Source: Guillardia theta CCMP2712 (lineage: Eukaryota; Protista; Cryptophyta). From it: DNA of 64,000 nt. Both the position numbers and the translations under genes were made by a program. The notes under the pieces were generated by a model. It saw only the letters and a list, made by a program, of their open reading frames with translations. It did no database searches and was not told the origin of the DNA. The stretch is from the NCBI RefSeq assembly GCF_000315625.1, contig NW_005434650.1:276005-340004 (forward strand), read 5' to 3'. Position 1 is the stretch's first letter. Each line of letters starts with the position of its first letter. Below, in pieces: positions 23,423 through 34,749 of the stretch.

Positions 23423-25795
23423 TTAACTAGGAAGAGGAGTTTTCATCTCCATGTACTTGGGACCACTTGCTCGCAAGTCAGCACCAGTTCAGGTCGTGTT
23501 TCCAAACCTCACCTGCTGCTCAGAACACGCACAGTCTGAAAGTAACAGAAGGCCAGGATGGCAAGCTAGTTCCCACAATGTTAGCACAATCTTCCTTCTT
23601 CATTCTTCCTCGCTCTCCCCCTTCTCACCTGAGCCTTGACCGTCTTTTCGATGCTAACAATGCAGGTCAGCTCTAGACATTCGGCATAACATGCCTGGTC
23701 CTTACCTTGACTTCTCGAAAGCTGAGGAAACACGGGCAAGAGCTTCTTCTCCCGTCCTGCCATTTTGGATGAGCGACGCTCTGTCTCAAGTTCCGCATGC
23801 TCAAGACGCTTACGCGACACAAGCAGCCTGTCGGTACTTGGGGAAATCACAGATCAGCTCCAGACCCTGTGAAACAGCAACGAAAGTCAACGAAACAGCA
23901 GAGACGCGTGCGAGGATGAGAAGGAGGAGGAAGTTCATATCTAAGGCTTCACCCGCAGCTCGTTGAGTGCGAGGCCTTCGAAGCCCCATCTCACAACCGA
24001 CATCTTCGGCAATGCCCTGCCGGCTCTGGTCATTCCCATACAATAGCCAAGGTCGGGGGGGATGGGGGGGGGGAGGACTTACGCGAGGAGCTTGGGGGTG
24101 TTCTCCTCAGCAATGTTGAAGCCGTTGAAGATGATCTGCAGCACCACTATGGGGGGCAGCATCGCCAGCGCCACCTCAGAAGAAGGAGAGATGGCCCCCA
24201 ACATTAAGCCAACGGCTGAACTGGAAAGAGAGTGGACGACGTTGATGAGCATGAAGGAGAGAAACTTGTTGATGTCCTTCTGAAAGCCAACCATCGGGTA
24301 GAGAATTCCTCCAAACAAGCAAGACAGAGCCGCGCTGCACAAATCTTACCGCCCGAGAAAACATCAAAGCATTGCACCTGAGGGGGACTTCTGACAGGAC
24401 CTTGGAGGCGAAGTAAGGGAGTGCCCTATAGAGGTTCTTGGATCGATCATTCATGACGATGGCCTGAACAAGCGGGTCAAGCAGTAAGCATTAAAGGCGA
24501 TAAGAAACCTTCTCCTTGGGAAAAGACCTGATGGTACTTGCAATCGCCAAGTTTGTGTTGCCGATGGCGACAAGTGAGCAGAGACCAAAGCGATCTTGGA
24601 TCGAGCTTTGCTTGTTGGAGAAGGAGTAGATGCTGCCATAGATCAAGGCGGTCGAGACTTGCTGCACAGCCTTGATGATGTTTGCGCCTTTGTTCCTCGA
24701 GATCTCTCTCCATGATCGCGCAAACAGCAATTTTACCTGCTCCAACAGGCTCGATTCAGGGCCGTGGGGCTTCACCGTTTGACTTGGTGCCCCGGCCTTG
24801 TCGGTGATCCGGTACTTGATTGCAAACTTCCTCTCAAACTCGTTCGCCAGCTCGTCGATCAGCTTGTGGGAACCTTCTTCCGTCACCGAGGACTCGTGGT
24901 TGACGCTGATGAGGTTCAGAGCATGCTCTCCTGCCGTCACCCAGGAGGGGCACGGCTGCCCGAGGCGGGAGAGGTAGGACTGCAGCGACTTGGCCTCCCC
25001 ATGATAGATCTGCCGACCCTCGGAGAGGAGCAGAAGGTCATCGAACATGTTGAACACATTCCCGCTGGGCTGGTGGATGACCGCTATGATCGTGTGCCCT
25101 CGTTCCGTCAGGTTCTTGAGCGCCCTGACCACCTTGTCGGCCTGGAACGAGTCCAGACCGGTCGTTGGCTCATCGAGGAAGATGAGAGAGGGACTGGCGA
25201 TGAGCTCGCACGCGATGTTGAGCCGCTTCTTCTCGCCCCCACTGATCCCCCTGTTCTTCCCTCCTCCCACCAGCGTGTCGGCGCACTTCTGCAGCCCGAG
25301 GACCTTGATGATCTCCTCGACCCTGTCGAACTTCTGTTGCAGGTCCATCTTCTTGGGCAGCCGCAGCCTCGCGGTGAATCGCAGAGTCTCCCTCACCGTC
25401 ATCTGAGTGTAGAAGATGTCGTCCTGGCGGACGTAGGCCTTCCTCAGTTTCGCCACGTCCACCCCGTTGATCTGCAGTATCCCCTCTAGCGCGAGCCCCT
25501 TGCTCTTCAGCATCTGTCCGGATATGGCGTTGAGCAGGGTCGTCTTGCCGCTCCCACTGGGCCCCATGATTGCCAGCAGCCTCCCTGACTTGGCCTGCCC
25601 ACAGACATCTCTCAACAGGACCTTCGACTTGCCCTTCTTGTTCAAACTGCATGAAACTCGATCCCAGCAGAGGTTGAGCCTGTCGCTCTCGGGGATGACA
25701 ATGTTTGCACTGCAAACCTCGGCAAGGAGCAAGACGGAAAGAGCCATAAGAAGCGCCGGGACGCCCCTCGTGCAAGAATGCTTCGAACCGGTCAT
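23423..25795 (-). CDS. ABCG: ABCG (White-type) half transporter
   Basis: Walker A GPSGSGKT, signature ISGGEKKR, Walker B FLDEPTTGLD, IHQP; C-terminal ABC2 membrane exons (PYFASKVLSEVP, LQIIFNGFNI); N-terminal hydrophobic leader. Confidence 0.95.
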
Positions 25796-25979
25796 GCTCA
25801 GGGCGGCTGAGAACTTTTGGGGTGTGTATAGAGTAATTCCTAATACCAACATTCAAGTCAGTGAGTGATGATTTCTAGGATCTAATGATATCATGACTCC
25901 TCCGTTTCCTACCTTACCTCATTTTTCTACGCCTCCTCTGTTCCCTGCGCTCCGCTGTGCCCTACTGCTCTGCTCTGCT

Positions 25980-26008
25980 CCTCCTCCTCCTCCTCCTCCT
26001 CCTCCTCC

Positions 26009-26040
<32 letters not shown>
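25980..26040. repeat. Compound (CCT)n(CAT)n microsatellite
   Basis: Direct reading. Confidence 0.9.
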
Positions 26041-26583
26041 TCTGTCGTTTTGTTGTCATCGCCCACGTTCTGACCTCCGCATGTTGGTTTCATCCTCTTG
26101 CCACCCCATTCCACGAACGTTCGAGAGTTTCAATCTACCCCCAATTCCCATCCCTCTCCCCCTTCCATGAAAATCATCCTCTCCCCCTCACGATCTGCCT
26201 TGCTCTGTTCATCCTCTGATCTTCTCCTCTCCTCACTTCCCCGTCCTCCCCCCCCCTCTCCTTCCCGCCTACGCTGCAAGCCCTGTCTCGCCATGGAGGC
26301 TGGTGTAATGGGGTTTATGCCGGATCCTGTGATACCGTTGGGAAGTGCTGAGGGGGGTGGGTGGTAGAACCAAGGTCGGATATCATACGGGGTTCTCCAT
26401 GATAAATGAGGGGTGGGGTTATCCACCCTACCCTACCCCCTATAAACCTCTTTATGCCCCACCTTTTTTGTGGGGTATGCGATAATGGTTGGAGGGGGCA
26501 AAGATGGCAGTCGACAGAAGGAAGAGGAGAAGAAGGGTGCGAGGGTGAGACGAGGAGGGAAGGAGGGACCAACGAGGTGGACC

Positions 26584-27165
26584 ATGGTCAAGGAGCTCTT
26601 GTTGAGAGGATGGCTGATGATTCTGGCCGGTTTCGAGGTGAACCAGGTGGCTGTGCATGGATGGGACATGCAGGCAGGAAGATATGGTCGGAGCTGGTCA
26701 GCGATGCTGATGCTTCTGTCCTGCTCCAGGGTCTCTGCAGGTAAACAGACATGAAACACGTGTTTTGTTCGTGCGAGCTCAAGCAGGACGATGTGGAAGC
26801 ACGTTTTAGGTTCAAAGGTGCAGAATAAGGTGTGTTGAGTCCAAAAGGAAAACCGTTTAGATGGATTCGAGAAGAATGCCTTGATATAGATCAGATCAGA
26901 TCCTGTTTGCAACGATTAGCTTTGATTTTGAATACCGCTACAAGTCTCTAACTAACTTCTTGTGCGTCCAGCCTTGAATCTTTACAATCCTGCAGTCCAA
27001 GCTCACAATGCGGCTGTTCATGTTGGAGAGGCATTCTTCTTTGTATCAGAGCAGATGGTGTATGGTTCACAGACGGACCCAGTGATCATGTCAATCATAG
27101 TTTTCAACGCAATTCTCTTCTCAGTATTGGCTTTGAGCACGAGAATAAAGATAAAGGTTGACTGA
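26584..27165 (+). CDS. Erg28-like small ER membrane protein, 2 exons
   Basis: LRGWLMIL..GRSWSAMLMLLSCSRVSA|ALNLYNP..FFFVSEQMVYG; intron 26741-26971 with CTAAC branch site; C-terminal KIKVD is a KxKxx ER-retrieval motif. Confidence 0.65.
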
Positions 27166-27279
27166 GCGAGTGTGAACTTTTCGTCCACATGACTTCACAC
27201 AACCAAAAGCCACTAGATGATGTTACTTCTTGCCTTCATTTATTCAGGAGATTTCACTCAGGAAAGTTTTCTCCGATCA

Positions 27280-28563
27280 ATTCATCACAAGCAAACTAGA
27301 TCTTTCCGATCTGTCACAAGCCCGTTGAAGGGACTCCATCACATTGTGCTCAGCCACTGTCGGATTTCAATGCCGCAGCTATTGACCTGCTCCGCATCTT
27401 CCAAAGCCGAACAGTCTCATCATCACTACCAGAGGCGATCATGGCGCCATCTGGGCTGAAGTCGATCGCACTGGAACAGGAGGATCAACAATTTGATGGG
27501 ACAGAGGTTGAAGTACCTGACGGCCCTCGTGTGGCCTTGTAGTGGACTTCCCTTAGTCTTTGCATGCCCATCATGAAATTCCCACAGCCTTGGGCCACGG
27601 AGTGTCAGAGAAGGACATGACGTGGCGACATGTCGTGGTGGGGACGTACCGGATCACGTTGTCAAACCCAGCAGAAGCAAACTGAAGCCCCGTCGGGCTG
27701 AAGGAGATTGCCCTGGAATGGAGGCAGGTGTGAGGGCATTGGAGAATGGGCAGCAAGCTCTGACCATATCCCCGCCTTGTGGCCTGTCAGAGTTTGCTTC
27801 GGCGTAGCCCAGTCGTTCTCCTCGGACCACAGCATGATGTGTGCGTCGAAGCTTCCCGACACGAGCACGTCCTGCGAAGGGCTGAAAGCGAGGGATCTGC
27901 GCTCTATCAACACTCGTCCTAGTCCGACCCCCTCTAACTCACCTCACGCCGGACTGATGCGCGAGTAAAACTTTGGCCGGAGCCGTCCAGTCCTGAGGTT
28001 TCCACAACCGGATAGAAGAGTCTCCGCTGCCGGTTGCGAGGAGGGAACTGTCCTTGTTCCATGCAACGCATCTGAACATCTCTTGAGTAAGTGTTTGAAG
28101 GGAGTTTGGCAAGCTCGAACCTGATCCATCCTCTGTGTCCTTCGAGTCTGGTTACCTTGGTGGGCTTCTCAGTCGCGTTCAATCTCCAAACGACTGCTGT
28201 GCAGTCATCGCTGGCAGAGACGAGAAATTTTCCATCGGGGCTGAAAGCTACTGAGTTCACTTCATCGCAGTGCTCGTGAAGCTTGTGGAGCAACTTTCCT
28301 TCCTCCGACCAGATCATCACCATGGTATCCTTGCTGCAAGAGGCAAAGCAACGGAGATGCTTCGAGTATGCAAGGCCCCATATGCGACCACTGTGCTCGA
28401 TCATGCTTGCCTTCACTGTTGCTGTCTTAACATCAACGACATGGATCACTCCTTCGTCTCCAGCACTGACGACGACATCGCTCTCCGGAACCCATAAAAC
28501 GCTCCTCACACCTGCCGATGGTTTAGGTGTCGTCGGGCCCATCCTCCAACGATTCACCTCCAT
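27280..28563 (-). CDS. WD40-repeat protein (multi-exon; 3' end approximate)
   Basis: Repeated H..V.S.AFSPDG..L.S.S.D....W units, e.g. EHCDEVNSVAFSPDGKFLVSASDDCTAVVW and MIASGSDDETVRLW. Confidence 0.9.
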
Positions 28564-28639
28564 TGTGAATGGAGGAGAGCAGCATTTGAGCTGGTGAATC
28601 TTTCTCGTTCTGCTGCTGAGCAGCTTTCTTCCTACGATC

Positions 28640-29220
28640 AACCTTCATCGCATCACGAAGGTTGTTGTGCAAATGCGGCAGATGTTGCAACATGCTGCAA
28701 CAACCGTCAGGTCAACACCAACTCCGTCGCAGCACGTCGTTCTGTACGAAGAACCCATTCTCTTGTCATCAAAGAGATGACCAAGGATTCCAAGCCCTTT
28801 GATCGCAAAATTCTCCGGCCAATAACCGAATTCTACAATGAACTTCTGTTTGTGCGCCCAAAATGTACCAGCTTCATTCTTCGCTACATTCGCTTCTACC
28901 ATATGCTGACTATGGCCCGCGATGCAAACGAAGCTGTTTTCTATGGACACCATTCGTCGACTCCGGTAAATTCTTGCTTATCATACTCTCAAAAGGTTTT
29001 GATTGAACTAACCTTACATTTCAAACACCAACAAATCTATGACTCTGCTTTGAACATCAGGGAGATGACATTGATCTGTCTTACAATGAGGATCTCGTTA
29101 GCATGATGATGGTATACTATGGCATGCTGTTGCCGCTCTCGCTTCCTCATGTCCACCCACCGCCTCCTTCCTCTGTGTCGTTTCCCTTACAAACTCCATC
29201 GAGGACAGGGGGGCGCATCT
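28640..29220 (-). CDS. Possible small multi-exon hypothetical gene
   Basis: ATG near 29219 followed by several GTAAG donors and AG acceptors at intron-like spacing; frame not resolved. Confidence 0.25.
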
Positions 29221-29393
29221 TGGTTTTACGGTTTTTTCTTTTGATTCTTTTTTTGGTGAGGGGTGTAAAAGGCAATGCAATGGTTGCATGGCGCGCGGAC
29301 TTTTGCCATGAAACGAGCAGAGAGAAGGAGGAGAAGGAGGATGGAGATATGGATGAATTTTGTGTGTGTGTGTGAGAGAGGGAGGGAGGGAGG

Positions 29394-29520
<127 letters not shown>

Positions 29521-29583
29521 AGGAGAAGGACGAAGAGGAGAAGGAGAAGAGCATACCTTGGAGGTCCTCACGAGTTCGAAGTA

Positions 29584-29683
29584 NNNNNNNNNNNNNNNNN
29601 NNNNNNNNNNNNNNNNNNNNNNNNNNNNNNNNNNNNNNNNNNNNNNNNNNNNNNNNNNNNNNNNNNNNNNNNNNNNNNNNNNN
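29584..29683. other. Assembly gap (100 N)
   Basis: Run of N. Confidence 1.
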
Positions 29684-30146
29684 GAGAGAGGGCGAGACAG
29701 AGCGAGAGAGAGGGAGGGAGGGAGGGAGGGAGGGAGGGAGGGAGATCAGAAGGAGCCAAGGTACATAGGTAGCAGATTTTGGATGGAACGACAAGTTTAA
29801 GAAGCCGACAGTAGGGGCAAGGGCTGCCTAGGAACAAGAGAAGAAAAAGATGCGTACCTTGCATTTTGTGAGATTGCACTAGAACAAACTACAGCGAAGA
29901 ATGTCCAAAACGGGCACATCAAATTTTGCTCACTTCTGTCATGAATATACAATCTGATGGCATGCAGTCAAAGAATAGTTTCAACCCGATACCATCACCG
30001 CCGAGAAGGGGTGAATCTCGTGTGTAGTTGGAAAGGTCGGAGGTGCAACAGCGGGTTAAAAGCGTAGCGACTGGTTCTGCTCAGAATCTCTCATCGGAAG
30101 TTCTCATGGTTGTGCTCCTGATATTTCTGTCTGCAGGTCGACGACC

Positions 30147-30443
30147 ATGGCGAAGACATGGCACAAGCTCGCTCTCTGCGCACTAGTTCTGGTCGTTCTT
30201 GTAGCCAGTGCACACGGAGGAGAAGCAAAGGGCAAGGCTGGCCTCTTCGGAAGATACTTCGGGCACACGAAAGGGCCCGCTAAAAGTTCGAGCGAGGAAC
30301 AGCACAAGCATGGCGACCTGCCTCCTCCTCCTCCTCCTTCCCTCCTCGCGTTCGGTGTCACGGGTATTCTCCTCTTTCTCATCGCGCCAATCTTCCTTTC
30401 CTTGGACTTTAGCTCCACGCAGATCAAATCTGGTCGCATCTAG
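30147..30443 (+). CDS. Small (98 aa) signal-peptide plus single-TM protein
   Basis: ACCATGG start; signal MAKTWHKLALCALVLVVLVASAHG; poly-Pro stalk; TM LLAFGVTGILLFLIAPIFLSL. Confidence 0.7.
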   Translation: MAKTWHKLALCALVLVVLVASAHGGEAKGKAGLFGRYFGHTKGPAKSSSEEQHKHGDLPPPPPPSLLAFGVTGILLFLIAPIFLSLDFSSTQIKSGRI

Positions 30444-30559
30444 GCCGCCGCCGTCAGCTCATGGTACAACTTGTGCCGTGATGGTCTTCCTCGTTTCTAA
30501 AAGATTGAAGTAAATGGTGAATGCATTGCTAACGGAGGCTATTCAATTAGTTATCGCAT

Positions 30560-31060
30560 CAGTGGTACGGTGAGCTTCAGAGGCCGGGCTTGAACTTCGA
30601 AAATTTCAAGTTTCTCGTCCCGGCGCCTGAGTCGGCCAGAGCCACGGTTCAACTTGGCAACGCCGATGATTCGGAAGCCGCGCGATGATCTGCCGGCGGG
30701 GCTACGGGCCGCAGCCTCAGGTTCCGACCCTGCGAACAGTATACGGGCCGGGCCGAGCGGCCCGGCGATGCCCGGCACTGCCGCAGTGCCGCTGATCGGA
30801 CTGGCACCGTCGGCTCCGAGCCGCCGAGTCGAGTGCTCAGTGACGGGCCCACTGGGCCTACTCGGACTGGTACCCCCGCGGCCGGGCCTTCCAAGTCCGC
30901 CGGTGCGTACAGTGATATCCCGGATCGATTCGCCGCCGTGAAATCATCGAGTCGAAGCCGCTGTGACTCAGTGAAGCTGCGGCACTCTGGGCCCCGGCCC
31001 GGGTCACCGGGTCCGATTCAGTGCGGAGTCCGATCGAGCCTCGTCCCCGCTTTGGCCCAA
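30560..31060. other. GC-rich, CCGG-dense intergenic tract
   Basis: About 12 CCGG by manual count plus recurrent GAGTC/CAGTG/GTCAC words; no credible coding frame. Confidence 0.7.
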
Positions 31061-31292
31061 ATCGTCCTACCCCACACTTGGCACCAAAAACATACCCCAA
31101 CCCACTCTTTGAGGTTTCTCCTCTTTGCTCAATTTTTCGTTATAGATGTCCACACCCCACAATAAACAAATTTTGTCTGGTATATCCGTGGTGGGTAATA
31201 TTACCCCACCCCCAATTAAAAATCATCTACCCTACCTGATCTCGAAATTGTTTTGCACCCCCACCTCCTCTACAGGACGCGGCTGTTCGGGC

Positions 31293-32372
31293 ATGGTGGG
31301 GGAGCGACAGCGATGGCTCGTCATTGCAGCGGCGGCAGCGTTTCTAGCCCTCATGGCGATCTCTATGCTAGCGGGGAACAGACGAAATGTGGGGAACAAG
31401 CGCATGCTTGCTCAGAAGAAAGCTCGATTTCAGTCTCTTGGACCCAATGAGGTACAGACTTGCATGAAACAGTGCTGTAATGCGGCTACTTCTGCGGAGT
31501 GTGCAAAGAATGGACTATCCTGCTTTGTCGCAATCACATTAGTTTTTCTTGTCGTGTCCTCTTGTGTTCGCTTGCTCTCTGTGAATTTGCGCAAAGCAAA
31601 GGTGTTCTTGTATTTGTTCGTATTTGTTCGTGTCTTCTATCATGATCGTACATTTCAGTCTGATGATCCAGTTATTGTCTGCGAATGCTGCCAAATGGAT
31701 GATGATTTCATGTTGATCGATACTTTCAAACCATTTCATGGTCGAAGTACTGTACCTTTTTTCATCGCGTGGAGCGAAAGTTATTCCGCAAAATTGGTAA
31801 CTGACATTGTTCCCGAGCAGAAGTTTGGAGTTTATGCTTCGGAGGTCAAGAACACTGATCCGACGAGCAGAGGATTCGACTTCTACACCTATGCCAACAC
31901 CGATCCTAATGGAGAGGATGCTGAGGCTCATGCCACCAAGTTTGACGCTCGAGCATATCGCTCTTTCGAATATTTGTTGAAACGTGCCGACAGGCTGCAG
32001 AAGCAGGTGAGGAGAGGGAGAGAGAGGGAACGGAAAGTGAGGTGATTCGTGGGATACAACAGATCGATGAGCTCAAGGCAGACCTGGGCACCAAGGAGCT
32101 TGAGGTCAACCTCTCTCCTCGTGGCCCCCCGGGACCTATCGGTGATCTGACATGAGCCTTCAACCCTTCGCCTCCTCTGACTGCACTTTCGTAGGACCTG
32201 AAGGTCCAGTGGGACCAGTTGGACCTCCAGGCCCTCGGGGACCTGTTGGCCCTCAGTACGTTGCTTCTTCTTTGATCCTTCATTGCTAACCTTTGGTAGG
32301 GGCCCAAGCGGAGCGCCGGGAGATCAAGGAGTACAGGGATCGATTGGACCGACTGGCGACAACTATGCCTAA
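31293..32372 (+). CDS. Signal-anchored collagen-like protein (Cys-rich region, coiled coil, C-terminal Gly-X-Y)
   Basis: Anchor WLVIAAAAAFLALMAISML; CMKQCC..C..C; LLKRADRLQKQ|IDELKADL; GPPGPI|GPEGPVGPVGPPGPRGPVGP|GPSGAPGDQGVQGSIGPTGDNYA*. Confidence 0.8.
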
Positions 32373-32641
32373 AACTTAGCTGTGTGAATTCGTGGATTAA
32401 AACTAGAAAGATGACAGCGAGGTCGAACGACCCTAGACTGAGATCTCCATTCGTAGTAGCCTGCCCAGGATGTCTTGGGAACTAAATAACCAAGAACATC
32501 GTTGAGTTGTTACCATCCCCAGGGTCTAGTTTACATGGAACCAAATAACGTATGTGCCAGGTTGTGACTTACATCGCCCATGTTCCGTGCTAGTTTTCAA
32601 GAGACTTTTCGGATTGTAATTGATAAACAAAATTGTTCTTA

Positions 32642-33466
32642 TTAGTTTGACTTGACCTTCTTCTTGCCAGCATCAGCGCTGACCTGTGGTCTGAATCTGC
32701 ACCAACCGTCAGGATTACAAGCAACAAAAGACTCTGCAAGGATATATCTCTCACAGGAAAAGAGGCAAGAAGCCAAGACCCGCAGCCATAGCAATGAACA
32801 AGAGCCATTCAGTCTGCAGGCTTGTCAACACTGCGAACAAGAAAACGTTGCTGCAAGTACAATGTGCGGGGCAGAGAGCTTGTTGTCTTCCTTGTGAGAA
32901 AGGACAGGGATCAATCCCAGATCGTTGGAATAACCCACCTGCAAGAGCACTCAGATTCCCAGCACCCTCCCTCGTATGCCTTCCATCACCTGCACATCAG
33001 CGGCATCCTGCGTTGCCTTGTAGGTGACCTTGGCAGGGGTGCTGGACTTGTAGCCGAAGGAGTGGGCCTTCAACACAACGATGTGGGTGACGTTTCCTCC
33101 TCTGCCACACCCGTCACGATCCGCTGTCGTCTAACATAGCATGCTTACGCTGGGATCTGAGGCCAGCTCCCCGACACCATCCCTGACACGACGGAATACT
33201 CCTCAGCCGACCAGTCGTCCTCCAGGGTGACATCGTATGCAGGGCTATATGGTCTCATCAGTGGAACAAGCGGAAGGGGTGTAGGCAGACCCGGATCCGA
33301 TGTTGAAGAGGCGATACTGGAAAGGAATGTCCTTGCCAGCAAAGGGTCGGCTTACAAGCACAGACTTCTGGATGAGAAGGTGCGGTTGCGGCTGCTTCTC
33401 AGCATATCCGACGGCTATGCAGGAAATCAAGACGATGATACCACAACTGAAAAGCTTCTCCTGCAC
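32642..33466 (-). CDS. SSR2: Translocon-associated protein beta (start codon in an unresolved upstream exon)
   Basis: HLLIQKSVL..GKDIPFQYRLFNIGSG|PAYDVTLEDD..VVSGMVSGSWPQIPA..NVTHIVVLK..AKVTY..EWLLF, basic C-terminus KKKVKSN*. Confidence 0.9.
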
Positions 33467-34749
33467 GACCAGTCAACTCGAAACTGCTGAAACTTGGGGC
33501 AACTCGAAGCAGGAGTCTCTTTAGCAACGCTTCATGACACAGAACAAGCACAAGAGGGATTTGTGAACTTCTAGTGATATCAAATATTCATAGACACACA
33601 TGACATTATTCGAGATCACAGATATCTTCCTGGCTTGAAGAATCTACTGAAAGCCACCAACAGGCAAGCACAGCATTCACAACATTTCTGATCCAAAAAA
33701 TCGTGCTACCATTGCACTTATTGATGAGAACCAGTCTCTCCTGACTTCCGTTTCCATGCACAAAGTTGTATCCACAATACACGCGAGAGTGCCTAACTCA
33801 TCATCCCAACCCTTCCCACATCCTCTGTTGGTTCCCAACCGTTCCCTTCCTCTTCCATCACCCTCCACTGACAAGAACCACTTCTTCTCCTTCACTTGTC
33901 ACTATGGTAAGCCCTCTCAGTCATCATGCTGCTCTGTCCTCCCTCCCCTCCTCCTCCCTCTCCCCGCCTCCACTCCCATCCTACCCCATCTCAATCTCAC
34001 CATGATGACGACCGGCGCCTCGTGCGGCCTCCGGGCTTGGTAGGGGGTGGGTGATGGATGAATGCACTTGGTAGGGTAATCACCCTACCCTTCATCTTTC
34101 AATGATTGTTTGTTCAAAAGTACCGGTACATTTCAAAACTTGCAGTACATTGCACCCCATGCAAGACATGGGTGGGGTACCTCAACAAAAATCACAGGAC
34201 ATAGCCCTGTGAAACTTTTTACGTTCGTGCCGGGACTCACTCACTACCTGGCAGGCTGGGCGCCAGCTTGAATCATGATCGGACGTCACGGTGACTCGTA
34301 CACCACTGAGGCTAACGGTAGACCGGCGGAGGCCTGGACAGCCTGAGCGCCATGACTTTCTCCCTGCTCGATGAGTACAATCTTCCCTTCGCATGACGTG
34401 TGCATTATGTGCGGCTGCACGCCCAACTTGTTTGAAGCAGCTCCGTAACGAGAGCAGGACCGTGGTGGGCCACGGTGCAGCAGCGCGGGCAGCGAGCTGG
34501 GCCGGATCTCCGTCTGTTCTGCCTTCACCCCCTGGACCTCGCGATGGAGTCGGAGGGCTTGCTGGAAGGATCATCGGATTGAGCCGCATGCAAGTTGTGC
34601 GTGCGGCACTGTGACGATTCCTGCCAGTGAGATGCCGGAAGACACAGTCTTCTACTACATGGATCAGAACAACAATCATCGGCAGTGATCTTCGGAAAGA
34701 ACTTGAGCTGCCGGAGCTCAGCGTCTCTGCAGTGAAAGACTCAGATGAT

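Noticed and set aside
24764-25856. Long antisense and alternative-frame ORFs over ABCG (similar ones over DNA2 and PCCA)
   Set aside because: Expected shadows of GC3-biased coding sequence.
28594-29106. 170-aa plus-strand ORF
   Set aside because: GTG start, no homology, and splice signals favour the minus strand.
30551-31239. ORFs within the CCGG tract
   Set aside because: High GC removes stops; non-ATG starts and no domain-like sequence.
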